Source of the DNA: Candidatus Eiseniibacteriota bacterium
GTDB lineage: Bacteria > Eisenbacteria > RBG-16-71-46 > CAIMUX01 > VGJL01
Length of the DNA stretch: 64,000 nucleotides
NCBI GenBank assembly: GCA_041946735.1
Contig: JBHGAY010000005.1
Location: forward strand, 1 to 64,000
Direction of reading: 5' to 3'
In this document: one piece after another, positions 10,801 through 19,746 of the stretch
How the letters are laid out: every line of letters begins with the position of its first letter
Position numbering within the stretch: position 1 is the first letter of the stretch
The notes under the pieces: generated by a model
The model's input: only the letters and a program-made list of their open reading frames with translations
Databases searched by the model: none
What the model was told of the DNA's origin: nothing
Made by a program: the position numbers and the translations under genes

Positions 10801-11983
10801 CTCCGACGTGATCGTGGCGGCCGAGCAACTCGACGCAGGACAACCGGACGAAGGGGGCGCCTTCGTCTACCTCGGCTCCGCCGCCGGCCTTTCGCCGGTG
10901 CCGTCGTGGACCGCCGAATCGGACCAGGAGGGCGCAGGGTTCCAGATGTGCGTCGCATCGGCGGGCGACGTGAACGCGGACGGATGCAGCGACGTCGTGG
11001 TCGGCTTCCCGCAATACGACAACGGCCAGGGGGACGAGGGGATCGCGCGCGTGTTCCTCGGCTCGCCGGCGGCCGGCCTCGCGGCCGAGGCCTCGTGGCA
11101 GATCGAGTCGAATCAGGCGGGCGCGTATCTGGGATCCGCCGTGGCCAGCGCGGGGGACGTGAACGCCGACGGATTCGGCGACGTGATCGTCTCCGCGGTC
11201 TCCTACGACTCCGGCCAGACGAACGAGGGCCAGGCTTCCGTCTACTACGGGAACGATCGCGGCGGGCTCGAGCGCGTTCCGATGCAGGCACGCGCGGACG
11301 GCTCGGCGCGCATCGCTCCGCTCGGCCGGTCCGATTCGGAGACCGGCTTCCGCCTGCGCGCCTACGCTCGGACGCCGTTCGGGAGAGCGCGCGTGCGGCT
11401 CGAGTACGAGGTGAAGCCGCGCGGATCTGTCTTCGGCGGCAGCGATCGGGTCCAAGGAACGCTGACGGACACCGGCGAGCCGCACGGCGGGGGCAGCGCC
11501 GTCCAGCTCTCCGAGATGGTCTCCGATCTCCACGCGGGAACCCTCTACCACTGGCGCGCACGCATCGTCACCGATTCGCCGTTCTTCCCTCGATCCCCGT
11601 GGTTCACGCTCCCCGACAACGCGGCCAACGAGGCGGACGTCCGGACGGCGGGAGAAGCACCCGCGTCGGCGGAGGACGGGTCGGGCTCGGAGCTTCCCGG
11701 CGCGGCGGCGGAGCGTATGCTCGCGCCCTGCGTGAACCCGTTCCGCGGTCCGATGGAGATCGCCTACCGGCTGCCGGCGAGCGGCCCCGTGCGCCTGACG
11801 GTCCACGACGTGGACGGCAGGCTCGTCGCTCTGCTTCGCGACGCGGTCGAGGAGGACGGGCGGCGGACCCTGCGCTGGGACGGCAGGGACGCGCGAGGCG
11901 CGACGCTGGCGGCGGGCGTCTACTTCGTCCGGCTGGAGTTCCAGGGTCGCGCGGAGACGCAGAAGATCGTCGTCGCCCGATGA
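7892..11983 (+). CDS. Secreted FG-GAP (integrin-alpha-like) repeat protein with C-terminal FlgD-Ig/T9SS-like domain
   Basis: About 14 AGDVNGDG(Y/F)xDVIVG repeats; EWYENGPAGLEQGF N-terminal module; tail NPFRG...WDGRD...AGVYFVRL; RBS GGAGGG before ATG 7892. Confidence 0.9.
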   Translation: MRSIGYRPKIGIRSALVVLALCEGMFGGVSSVSAVQPRHDDPREIGAGAPSSIDPTWWGEARSQIRAAEYLASSSEQGLQAPNRAKGMRTVFGEQGIRVFPRVGGADPGAEAEAAPEAPFAWRTSRWGRWGRLSEVIPEQVGPRAAGARVLFRYEGFDEWYENGPAGLEQGFTVHERPEGEGVLVVLGRMGGELRPQWSAGDGAVSFLDGDGNEVLHYGGLHAWDASGRELESRLELAGDEIAIVVGDDEADYPVTIDPLLDSPAWQVEGEQAAAQFGFQCATAGDVNGDGYSDVVVSSPYFDAGEEREGRIFLFLGSPDGLATIPSWTAESNQIAAELGQTLGTAGDVNGDGYDDIVAGTWLYDDGNNDTVGAVFLYLGSPSGPGASPDWTALGSDDGAALGLSLSTAGDVNADGFSDLVVGALHYGGQNLGFALVYHGSASGLGATPAWVKTITNPGDGVFGFSVSTAGDVNGDGYGDVIVGSCAYGDVVGSAYVFCGSPTGLYTVHAWSTHSPQDLANYGFAVATAGDVNGDGYSDVMVGADHFDNFDDDEGRVFVYYGSADGLATSVSWWVDGEQAGAQYGSALSSAGDVNGDGYADILIGAMRYDAGGTDTGRAVLYLGSHAGLEGSPAWTTDGAHAQEYLGHCVATAGDANGDGFSDILVGSIGYDGSTGRAQGFYGGPRGLSTAASWIGESNQTSAGFGNAVASAGDVNGDGYSDIVVAASGFDSGQTDEGKAFGYYGSYLGLPFNANWATESNQANAWLGYRKGIASAGDVNGDGYDDVIAGAPLYDSAGENEGRAWVYHGSPAGLFLAAAWTTAPNLANAAFGVSVASAGDVNGDGYADVIVGADPSFLNGTGTGRAFVFHGSQDGLGSSPAWTVESDQDGSGFGACVASAGDVNGDGYSDVIVGAPRFNGVANDGGRAFVYLGGPGGLATTPAWSDGLDQDAAYFGCSVASAGDVNGDGFSDVIVAAEQLDAGQPDEGGAFVYLGSAAGLSPVPSWTAESDQEGAGFQMCVASAGDVNADGCSDVVVGFPQYDNGQGDEGIARVFLGSPAAGLAAEASWQIESNQAGAYLGSAVASAGDVNADGFGDVIVSAVSYDSGQTNEGQASVYYGNDRGGLERVPMQARADGSARIAPLGRSDSETGFRLRAYARTPFGRARVRLEYEVKPRGSVFGGSDRVQGTLTDTGEPHGGGSAVQLSEMVSDLHAGTLYHWRARIVTDSPFFPRSPWFTLPDNAANEADVRTAGEAPASAEDGSGSELPGAAAERMLAPCVNPFRGPMEIAYRLPASGPVRLTVHDVDGRLVALLRDAVEEDGRRTLRWDGRDARGATLAAGVYFVRLEFQGRAETQKIVVAR

Positions 11984-12046
11984 TGGATAGATAGATTGGA
12001 TTCCGGGGCCGGCGGTGGCGACGCGAGAGCGCCGCCGCTGGCTCGG

Positions 12047-13294
12047 TCAATGCAGCAGAAGCAGGACTGCGATCCCCCAGGCGACCGTCACGACCGTGAC
12101 CGGAGCGCCGATCCGCAGATAGTCCCAGAAGCCGATCGACTCGTCCCTGCCAGCCGCCTCCAGCACGATCAGGTTCGCGACCGATCCGAGGATCGTGAGG
12201 TTGCCGGCGAACGTCGTCGCCATCGCGAGCATCCGCCACTGGAGCACGGGGTCGGCGAGCGTGCCGATCCACGGCTGCGCGACCAGGATGAACGGGACGT
12301 TCGAGACCAGGTTGCTCCCGAGGACGGCGAGCGCCGCGAAGACCGCCGCCTGGCGGTCGGCCGTCGCGCCGAGCAGCGGGGCGAAGAGGTCGTAGAGCGC
12401 CTGCGCCGCCCCGGCGCGCACGATCCCCTCGACGAGGACGAAGAGGCCGGAGAAGAAGAGCAGCAGCGTCCAGTCGACCCGCAGGAAGACGTGGCGCGGC
12501 GCGATCCGGGTCGTCACCAGCAGCAGGCAGGCGCCTGCGAGCGCGGCCATCGGGAGCTTCGCGCCGGCGAGGAAGGCGGCGACGACGCCGGCCAGCGTGA
12601 GCAGCGTCCAGCGGAGAAGGGGACGGCGGAGGCGCACCGGGCGGCGGGCCGGCGGCGCGATCGCCGGCGCCTCGCGCAGCCGCCGCGCGTAGACGCGGTG
12701 CAGGATCGCGCTCAGGATCGCGAGCCCGCCGAGTCCGACCGGCAGCATGTGGAGCAGGAAGGCGCGGTAGGAGTCGCCCGACATCGTTCCGATCAGCATG
12801 TTCTGCGGATTGCCGGAGAGGGTGAGAACGCTCCCCACGTTCGCTCCCATGCAGAGCGCGAAGAGGTAGGGACGGAGCGGATAGCCGGCCCGGCGCGCGG
12901 CGGCGAGGACGAGCGGGCTCATCAGCAGGCACACCGTGTCGTTGACGAGGAACGCCGAGAGGATCCCGGAAGACCAGATGAGCGCGTGCAGCAGGCCGAC
13001 CGGGCCGCGGCAGAGGCGCAGGAGCGTCGCCGCCGCCCAGGCGAAGAAGCCGGCGAGATCGAGGTAGGAGGTGACGATCATCATCCCGAGGAGGAGGACG
13101 AGCGTGTTCTCCTCGATCGCGTTCCACGCCTCCTCGGGGGTCAGCACTCGGAAGAGCACCATCAGGAAGGCTCCAACGAGTGCGCCGCCGGGCCGGCCGA
13201 GCGGAAGCATTCGCAGCCGCGGAACCGTGATGACGATGTAGGCGAAGACGAAGACGAGGACTGCGACCCATGGGGGAGCGGGATCGGCCAGCAT
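12047..13294 (-). CDS. ArsB/NhaD (ion transporter superfamily) anion permease
   Basis: LSAFLVNDTVC, GANVGSVLTLSGNPQN, SNLVSNVP, AGNLTILGSVANLIV; many TM helices; start MLADPAPPW directly after the upstream gene. Confidence 0.85.
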   Translation of the reverse strand: MLADPAPPWVAVLVFVFAYIVITVPRLRMLPLGRPGGALVGAFLMVLFRVLTPEEAWNAIEENTLVLLLGMMIVTSYLDLAGFFAWAAATLLRLCRGPVGLLHALIWSSGILSAFLVNDTVCLLMSPLVLAAARRAGYPLRPYLFALCMGANVGSVLTLSGNPQNMLIGTMSGDSYRAFLLHMLPVGLGGLAILSAILHRVYARRLREAPAIAPPARRPVRLRRPLLRWTLLTLAGVVAAFLAGAKLPMAALAGACLLLVTTRIAPRHVFLRVDWTLLLFFSGLFVLVEGIVRAGAAQALYDLFAPLLGATADRQAAVFAALAVLGSNLVSNVPFILVAQPWIGTLADPVLQWRMLAMATTFAGNLTILGSVANLIVLEAAGRDESIGFWDYLRIGAPVTVVTVAWGIAVLLLLH

Positions 13295-13296
13295 CC

Positions 13297-13722
13297 TCAC
13301 GCTCCGGCCATCTGCCTGCGAATCATCCGCCAGTGGAACAGGTAGAGCGGGATGCCGATCAGGAGCATTGCGATGCTCGAGGAGGCGTCTCGCTGGCGAC
13401 GCGACGCGATCGGATCGACCCGCCGCGACGCCTCCCGCCACTCCTCGTACTCCGCCAGCCACTCGCGCAGCGCGCGGCGCTCCGCCGCCGTGATCGCGCT
13501 GTCCGGCTCCGCTTCGATCCGCGCCAGCTTCGCGCGCGCCTCGGCGAGCGGCGGCTCGGGCGGCTGGCGCTGCCAGAGCTTCTGCTCGTCCTCCGCCTGC
13601 GTGAAGACGGTCGCCTTCAGCGCCAGGTCGACGATCCGCACGCCGCCGATCGTCGCCAGGACGAGCCCCAGGAGCGCGAAGAGGTAGAGATAGATCGTCC
13701 GGACGAGAGCGTGCGACTGCAT
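13297..13722 (-). CDS. Two-TM hypothetical membrane protein (DUF5671-like)
   Basis: RTIYLYLFALLGLVL N-terminal helix and IGIPLYLFHW C-terminal helix; RBS GGAGG; family assignment from memory. Confidence 0.7.
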   Translation of the reverse strand: MQSHALVRTIYLYLFALLGLVLATIGGVRIVDLALKATVFTQAEDEQKLWQRQPPEPPLAEARAKLARIEAEPDSAITAAERRALREWLAEYEEWREASRRVDPIASRRQRDASSSIAMLLIGIPLYLFHWRMIRRQMAGA

Positions 13723-13922
13723 GATCCTCCCTGCCGCCGGTCGGCCTGCCGGGGGCCTGTCGGGGCCAGGGTCGGCGGCGCGGCTGCTCTCGTCAACGGG
13801 AGAACCGGCGGGACGACCGAGCGGGCGAAGCTGCTTCTCTCCAGGACGACCTACCCGCTATCCTCATCGCGGCCCCGATGGCGGGGCGTGGGCTTCCGGG
13901 GATGTTCGGGAGGGAGGGGACG

Positions 13923-15131
13923 ATGGAGTCGAAGCACATGCATCCGGAGACGCAGGTCGTTCACGCGGGGCCCGAGCCCGATCCGCAGTACGGGGGCGTC
14001 TCGGTCCCGATCTACCAGTCCTCCACCTTCTCCTTCGCCAACGCCGACGAGGGGGCCGCCCGCTTCGCCGGCACCGACGCCGGCTACAAGTACACCCGCC
14101 TCGGGAACCCGACCATCCGCGCGCTCGAGCAGTGCGTCGCCGAGCTGGAAGGGGGGCACGCGGCGCTCGCGACCTCGACCGGCATGGCCGCCGTGGCGAC
14201 GACGATCCTCGGGCTGCTGAAGTCCGGGGATCACATCGTCGGGACCGACGCGGTCTACGGCGCGACCCGCGTCCTCGTCGAGAAGCACCTCTCGCGGTTC
14301 GGCATCGAGTCGACCTGGGTCGCGAGCGAGAAGATCGAGTCGGTGCGCGGCGCCCTCCGGCCGAACACGCGGATGATCTTCATCGAGAGCCCGGCCAACC
14401 CGACGATCAAGATCACCGATCTCGAGGCGTGCGGCCGGCTCGCGAAGGAAGTCTCGGCCTACTTCGTCGTCGATAACACCTTCTGCTCGCCGCTCCTGCA
14501 GAAGCCGTTCGCGTTCGGGGCGGACGTCGTCCTCCACAGCATGACGAAGTACCTGAACGGCCACTCCGATGTCGTGGCAGGGATCGTCGTCAGCCGGACG
14601 CCGGAGCTGCACGCCTCGCTCGCCTCGATGCTCCATCATCTCGGCGGGACCCCCGATCCGCATCAGGCCTGGCTCGTCCTGCGCGGGATCCGCACGCTCG
14701 CGCTCCGCCTCGAGAAGTCGCAGGCGAGCGCCGGCAAGCTCGCCGCGTGGCTCGAGGCCGATCCGCGGGTCGCGTGGATCTCCTATCCGGGACTCCGCTC
14801 GCATCCGCAATACGATCTTGCGCGCAAGCAGATGGCGGGACCGGGCGCGATGATCTCCTTCGGGGTCAAGGGCGGTTTCGAGGCGGCGAAGAAGATGATC
14901 GATTCGGTGCGGCTTGCCGTCCTCGCCGTCTCGCTCGGCGGGATCGAGACCCTGATCGAGCATCCCGCGTCGATGACGCACGCCAGCGTGCCGCGCGCGG
15001 AGCGCGAGGCGGCGGGAATCACGGATGATCTCGTTCGTCTGTCGGTCGGCTGCGAGGCGTTCGAGGACCTGCGGGACGATCTGGAGCAGGCGCTCGCGCA
15101 GGTGGCGGAGAAGGTCGGCAGCGCGAAATAG
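13923..15131 (+). CDS. PLP-dependent trans-sulfuration enzyme (methionine gamma-lyase / cystathionine gamma-synthase/lyase family)
   Basis: PIYQSSTF, YTRLGNPT, ESPANPT, VDNTF, HSMTKYLNGHSD (PLP Lys), AVSLGGIETL. Confidence 0.9.
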   Translation: MESKHMHPETQVVHAGPEPDPQYGGVSVPIYQSSTFSFANADEGAARFAGTDAGYKYTRLGNPTIRALEQCVAELEGGHAALATSTGMAAVATTILGLLKSGDHIVGTDAVYGATRVLVEKHLSRFGIESTWVASEKIESVRGALRPNTRMIFIESPANPTIKITDLEACGRLAKEVSAYFVVDNTFCSPLLQKPFAFGADVVLHSMTKYLNGHSDVVAGIVVSRTPELHASLASMLHHLGGTPDPHQAWLVLRGIRTLALRLEKSQASAGKLAAWLEADPRVAWISYPGLRSHPQYDLARKQMAGPGAMISFGVKGGFEAAKKMIDSVRLAVLAVSLGGIETLIEHPASMTHASVPRAEREAAGITDDLVRLSVGCEAFEDLRDDLEQALAQVAEKVGSAK

Positions 15132-15152
15132 CGCGCTGACTCAGGCCACGAA

Positions 15153-15190
15153 GGAGCCCCGGGGCCGCTGCCGGCCGCCGGGGCTTCTCT
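15153..15190. terminator. GC-rich hairpin between convergent genes, likely terminator
   Basis: GGAGCCCCGG (15153-62) pairs with CCGGGGCTTC (15178-87), followed by a pyrimidine run. Confidence 0.55.
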
Positions 15191-15205
15191 GCGGAGCGCG
15201 AGCGA

Positions 15206-15856
15206 TCAGGATCCCTGCGGCTCGCCGCCGCCCGTCGGCGGTGCCGCCATGACCGGCTCGGGCACTGCGTTGCGCACCGGAGGCAGGCTCTTCAGGTACG
15301 CGAAGATCGCCTTCAGATCCTCCGGCGGGAGTTGCCTGTAGTTCTGGACCGGCATCGGCGGCAGGATCGGCCGCCCCACCCCCATGTGCAGCCCGGTCTC
15401 GAACGCCTTCAGGAACGCATCCTCCGTCCAGACGCCGATCCCGGTCTCGTCATCGGGCGTGAGGTTGACCGCGTAGCTGGTCCCCCACGGGCCGTGCCAT
15501 GCGGTCATCGTCGTGACGGCGAACCACGGGCCGGTCGGGAGCGCGGGCGGCGGAGCGGTCATCTCTGCCGGATGTCCGGAAAGCTCGCGCCCCGGCACCG
15601 GCTCGAGGCCGTTCGGCCCGAGCTGCATCGGCGTGTGGCAGTCCTGGCAGCCGAGAACCGTGACGAGGAACTTCCCTCGCTCGACCCCCGCCATGCCGGC
15701 AGGCGCAGCCGACTTCTCCGCGCCCGCGTTGCCACTCGCGGCCCCGGTCGCGGCCTGCTTCGCCGCTTCGGTCGACTCCTCCCTCGATCCGCCTTGGCAG
15801 GAGGCGAGCGCCAGCGGGATCGCGAACAGCATCAAGATCCGGCCAAACCGATTCAT
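15206..15856 (-). CDS. Lipoprotein cytochrome c (single CXXCH)
   Basis: Lipobox LALASC; CQDCHTP; GPWGTSYAVNLTPDDETGIG; PPMP distal Met; DLKAIFAYLKSLPPV. Confidence 0.85.
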   Translation of the reverse strand: MNRFGRILMLFAIPLALASCQGGSREESTEAAKQAATGAASGNAGAEKSAAPAGMAGVERGKFLVTVLGCQDCHTPMQLGPNGLEPVPGRELSGHPAEMTAPPPALPTGPWFAVTTMTAWHGPWGTSYAVNLTPDDETGIGVWTEDAFLKAFETGLHMGVGRPILPPMPVQNYRQLPPEDLKAIFAYLKSLPPVRNAVPEPVMAAPPTGGGEPQGS

Positions 15857-16178
15857 CTCTCTATCTCCTCGGAGTGAAATCGTCGGACTTTGTGGGTTCA
15901 CACACCCGCGCAGGATACGGGCATCCGGCAGGCGACCGATCACGAGAAATCATTACGGCTTGGTCACTTGCCGCTGCACTTCGCGGCCGTGGCGGCTCAC
16001 CGGGGAACAACGCAGCCGCCCGCTTGACGATACGGCCGTCTGCCGGGGACACTAGGGCGCCACCGGCTACGGCCGCATTCGTGCGCGGCCGCTACCAGTC
16101 GTTCGGCCATGGCTGGAGACCCGGGATCCGCCGCGCGGGCGGACGAGGATGGGGAAGAGGAAGAGGAGGAGGATCGCG

Positions 16179-18131
16179 ATGGGTCAGAACAGGGTCGAGA
16201 AGATTGCGCAGCGCTACGCGGTGGGACTTGCCGCCGGCTACGAGGCCCACGCGGGGGACTTTCTCTCCATCCGCCCGCGCCACGTCCTGACGCACGACAA
16301 CACCGGCGCCGTGATCCCCAAGTTCCGGTCGATCGGGGCCTCGAAAGTCCGCGATCCGAAGCAGCCGATGTTCGCGCTCGACCACGACGTGCAGAACGAG
16401 TCGCCGGAGAACCTGAAAACCTACGCGGCAATCGAGGCGTTCGCGCGCGAGCAGGGGATCGCCTTCTATCCGGCGAAGAGCGGGATTGGCCACCAGCTGA
16501 TGATCGAGGAAGGGTTCGTCCTTCCCGGCACCTTCGTCGTCGCCTCCGACTCCCACTCGAACATGTATGGCGCGGTCGGCGCGCTCGGCACGCCGATCGT
16601 GCGCACCGACGCGGCGGCGATCTGGGCGACGGGCGAGACATGGTGGGAGATCCCGCCGGTCGTGCGTGTGCGCTTGAATGGCCGGCTCACGCCGGGCGCC
16701 ACGGGGAAGGACGTGATCCTCGCCCTCATCGGCTTCTTCCGGAAGGACGAGGCGCTGAACTGCGCGATCGAGTTCGAGGGGGAAGGCCTCGCCTCCCTGA
16801 CGATGGACCAGCGGATGACGATCGCGAACATGACGACCGAGTGGGGCGCCCTCGTCGGCCTGATCCCGTACGACGGCGTCACACGCGCCTACCTGCTCGC
16901 GCTTGCGGAGGCGATGCGGCGCCGCGGCGACCCCTCGCCGCGCCTCACCCCTGAAATCCTCGAGCGGTTCGAGAGGGAGAATCCGCAGCCCGATCCCGAC
17001 GCGTTCTACCAGAAGGAGTTCGATCTCGACCTCGCCTCGGTCGTCCCGCACGTGGCGGGTCCCAACGAGGTGAAGACGATCACGTCGCTTCCCGAGATCG
17101 AGGCGAAGAAGGTGAAGATCGACAAGGCGTTCCTGCTCTCCTGCGTGAACAGCCGGCTCTCCGACCTCGCCGAGGCGGCCGCGGTCGTGAAGGGCAAGAA
17201 GATCGCGAGCGGCGTCAAGATGTACGTCGCCGCGGCGTCGGCGGGAATCGAGGCGGAGGCTCGGCGCGAAGGGCACTGGCAAGCGCTCGTCGACGCGGGC
17301 GCGATCGCGCTTCCGCCCGGGTGCGGCCCGTGCATCGGCCTGGGCGAGGGGATCCTCGCCTCCGGGGAGGTCGCGATCTCCGCGACGAACCGGAACTTCA
17401 AGGGACGGATGGGCGCCGCCGACTCGATCGCCTACCTCGCCTCTCCCGCGGTCGTCGCCGCCTCCGCGCTGGCTGGGTTCATCGCGTCGCCGCAGCGCTA
17501 CCCGTCCGTGCAGATCCAGGGGACATTCCGCGAGAACCCGTCTCCGGAGCGCGCGGCCGAGAAGATCTCGATCCGCGAGGGGTTCCCGCGCTCGATCGAG
17601 GGAACGATGATCCTTCTGCCGAAAGACAACCTGAACACCGACGGGATCTACGGCAAGGAGTTCACCTACAAGCACGACCTGACGCCCGAGCAGATGGGCA
17701 AGGCCGCGCTCCTGAACTACGACCCGAAGTTCCAGGAGATCGCGCAGCCGGGCGACATCCTCGTCGGCGGATGGAACTTCGGAAGCGGCTCCTCGCGCGA
17801 GCAGGCGGCCACCTGCCTGAAGTTCCGTGGCATCCCTTGCGTGATCGCCGGCTCCTACTCGCAAACCTACAAACGCAACGCCTTCAACAACGCCTACATC
17901 GTTCTCGAATGCCCGAAGCTCGTGACCGACCTGCGCGAGCGCTACGCCGGCCTCGCCGACCCGACGATCCGCACCGAGATCACGGCCCGGATCGATTTCG
18001 AGTCGAGCACGATCGCCGCGGGTGGCAAGACCTACGGCTTCGCCCCGCTGCGGGACGTCGCGCAGGAGCTGGTCGCCGAGGGAGGGTTCGAAACGGTGCT
18101 TCGCAAGAGGATCGGGGCAGGCAAGGCCTGA
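16179..18131 (+). CDS. lysF: Fused (large plus small subunit) homoaconitase of the fungal LysF/Lys4 type
   Basis: EKIAQRYAVGL, THDN, LDHDVQN, GIGHQLMIEEG, ASDSHSNMYG, LSCVNSR and GCGPCIG (three Fe-S Cys), ISATNRNFKGRMG; C-terminal swivel NFGSGSSREQAA. Confidence 0.85.
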   Translation: MGQNRVEKIAQRYAVGLAAGYEAHAGDFLSIRPRHVLTHDNTGAVIPKFRSIGASKVRDPKQPMFALDHDVQNESPENLKTYAAIEAFAREQGIAFYPAKSGIGHQLMIEEGFVLPGTFVVASDSHSNMYGAVGALGTPIVRTDAAAIWATGETWWEIPPVVRVRLNGRLTPGATGKDVILALIGFFRKDEALNCAIEFEGEGLASLTMDQRMTIANMTTEWGALVGLIPYDGVTRAYLLALAEAMRRRGDPSPRLTPEILERFERENPQPDPDAFYQKEFDLDLASVVPHVAGPNEVKTITSLPEIEAKKVKIDKAFLLSCVNSRLSDLAEAAAVVKGKKIASGVKMYVAAASAGIEAEARREGHWQALVDAGAIALPPGCGPCIGLGEGILASGEVAISATNRNFKGRMGAADSIAYLASPAVVAASALAGFIASPQRYPSVQIQGTFRENPSPERAAEKISIREGFPRSIEGTMILLPKDNLNTDGIYGKEFTYKHDLTPEQMGKAALLNYDPKFQEIAQPGDILVGGWNFGSGSSREQAATCLKFRGIPCVIAGSYSQTYKRNAFNNAYIVLECPKLVTDLRERYAGLADPTIRTEITARIDFESSTIAAGGKTYGFAPLRDVAQELVAEGGFETVLRKRIGAGKA

Positions 18132-18237
18132 GATCCTCGTCGCGTCGTGTCACGTCGTTCGCGCCGTTCGGGATCAGGTGTCGACCGTGTCGAGCGTGTC
18201 GACCGCAAGGAAAAGACGAGAGGAGAGAGAAGCCGCC

Positions 18238-19614
18238 ATGCTGACGAAAGACCTGTCCGAGTGGGCCTCGAGCCTCACCTATGACCAGCTGACGCCCGAC
18301 GCGGTTGCCGCCGCCAAGGCGTTCCTCTACGACTCGCTCGGCTGCGCGTTCGGCGGATCGCGCCTCCACGACTGCCGGATCGTTGAGGAGCATGTCGCCG
18401 AGAAGGGCTCGAAGCCCGAGTGCACCGTGATCGGCTCGGGGATGAAGACGCACGCGGTCGACGCCGCCTTCCTGAACGCGCTCATGATCCGCGCGATGGA
18501 CTACAACGACATCTACTGGAAGGCCGACCCGTCGCATCCGAGCGACATCATCCCGGCGGCGAGCGTGCTGTGCGAGCGCGAGGGATTGTCCGGGCGCGAA
18601 CTGATCCTCGGGATCGTCCTCGCCTACGAGATCGAGATGCGCCTGTGCGAGTTCGCGGTCCCCGGAATCCGGGAGCGCGGCTGGCACCACGCGACGCTGA
18701 CGGCCTACGCCGCTCCGATCGTCGCCGCGCGGATGCTCGGCCTCGACCCGGTCAAGATGCAGCACGCGATCGGCATCTCGGCGTCGCGCCACTTCACGCT
18801 CGGCGCCGCCGTCGCGGGCAAGCTCACGATGATGAAGAACACCGTCGACCCGATGGCGACGCGTGCGGGCGTGGAGTCGGCGCTGCTCGCGCGCGCCGGA
18901 TACACCGGGCCGGAGAACGTTCTCGACGGCAAGGAGGGGATGTTCCACTGCCTCGGTCCCGAGTGGGATGTCGAGAAGCTGACCGGCGGCCTCGGCAAAG
19001 GCCAGGGCTTCAAGATCAAGGACTGCGGGATGAAGGCGTACCCGACCGAGGCGCTGACGCATACGCCGATCACTGCGACCCTCTACCTGCTCCGCGAGCA
19101 CGAGCTGGCGGCGGAGGAAGTGAAGGAGGTGCGGATCGAGACGATCGCGCGCGCGGCCGACATCCTGAGCGATCCGGCGAAGTACGACCCGCGGACGAAG
19201 GAGGCGGCCGACCACTCCCTGCCGTACTGCATCGCCGCGGCGCTGGTCGACCACAAGGTAACGCCGGAGCAGTTCGAGGAAGCGAAGATCCTCGATCCGC
19301 GCGTGCGCGCCCAGCTTCCGAAGGTGAAGGTGAAGGCGAACGCCGAGTTCGAGAAGCTCTTCCCGAAGATCCAGCCGTGCCGCGTCGAGATCGAGACGAC
19401 CGGCGGGAAGGTGTTCGAGCGGCGGATCGACATTCCGAAGGGGGACCCGCGCGATCCGATGACCGAGGAGGAGCTGTCGGTGAAGTTCGACGCGCTCGCC
19501 TCGCCGTCTCTCTCGGACGAGCGGCGCGCGGCCCTGCGGCGCGCGGTCTTCGCGCTCGAGAGCTGCGAGCGGGTCGCGGACCTGATGAAGCTCTGCGTCG
19601 CCGACCGGCGCTAG
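18238..19614 (+). CDS. prpD: MmgE/PrpD family dehydratase (2-methylcitrate dehydratase-like)
   Basis: YDSLGCAFGG, IRAMDYND, SHPSD, RGWHHAT, MKAYPTE, ADHSLPYC, PKGDPRDP. Confidence 0.85.
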   Translation: MLTKDLSEWASSLTYDQLTPDAVAAAKAFLYDSLGCAFGGSRLHDCRIVEEHVAEKGSKPECTVIGSGMKTHAVDAAFLNALMIRAMDYNDIYWKADPSHPSDIIPAASVLCEREGLSGRELILGIVLAYEIEMRLCEFAVPGIRERGWHHATLTAYAAPIVAARMLGLDPVKMQHAIGISASRHFTLGAAVAGKLTMMKNTVDPMATRAGVESALLARAGYTGPENVLDGKEGMFHCLGPEWDVEKLTGGLGKGQGFKIKDCGMKAYPTEALTHTPITATLYLLREHELAAEEVKEVRIETIARAADILSDPAKYDPRTKEAADHSLPYCIAAALVDHKVTPEQFEEAKILDPRVRAQLPKVKVKANAEFEKLFPKIQPCRVEIETTGGKVFERRIDIPKGDPRDPMTEEELSVKFDALASPSLSDERRAALRRAVFALESCERVADLMKLCVADRR

Positions 19615-19640
19615 CCGTCCGTTCGTCCCAGCGGGAAAAG

Positions 19641-19687
19641 GAGAGAAGATGCCGCCCCGGTGAGTGACTCCCGGGGCGGCTCTCCTC
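19641..19687. terminator. Hairpin between convergent genes, likely terminator
   Basis: Perfect 10-bp stem GCCGCCCCGG (19651-60) / CCGGGGCGGC (19671-80) with purine-rich and pyrimidine-rich flanks. Confidence 0.6.
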
Positions 19688-19746
19688 GAGCCGGCGTCAA
19701 GGAAGGGGCGTCAAGGAGCGCCGGCTCAGGATCCAGCATCACGCGA

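Noticed and set aside
8740..11200. Recurring GCCGGCGACGTSAACGGSGACGGCT DNA repeats resembling a CRISPR array or DGR
   Set aside because: They are in-frame FG-GAP coding repeats about 180-200 nt apart with synonymous variation; no cas or reverse transcriptase gene is present.
13923..15131. Specific call as methionine gamma-lyase (mgl/mdeA) or a role in selenium metabolism
   Set aside because: The MGL-typical YGC Cys is replaced (VYGAT), so specificity cannot be assigned, and nothing links it to the Sec candidates.
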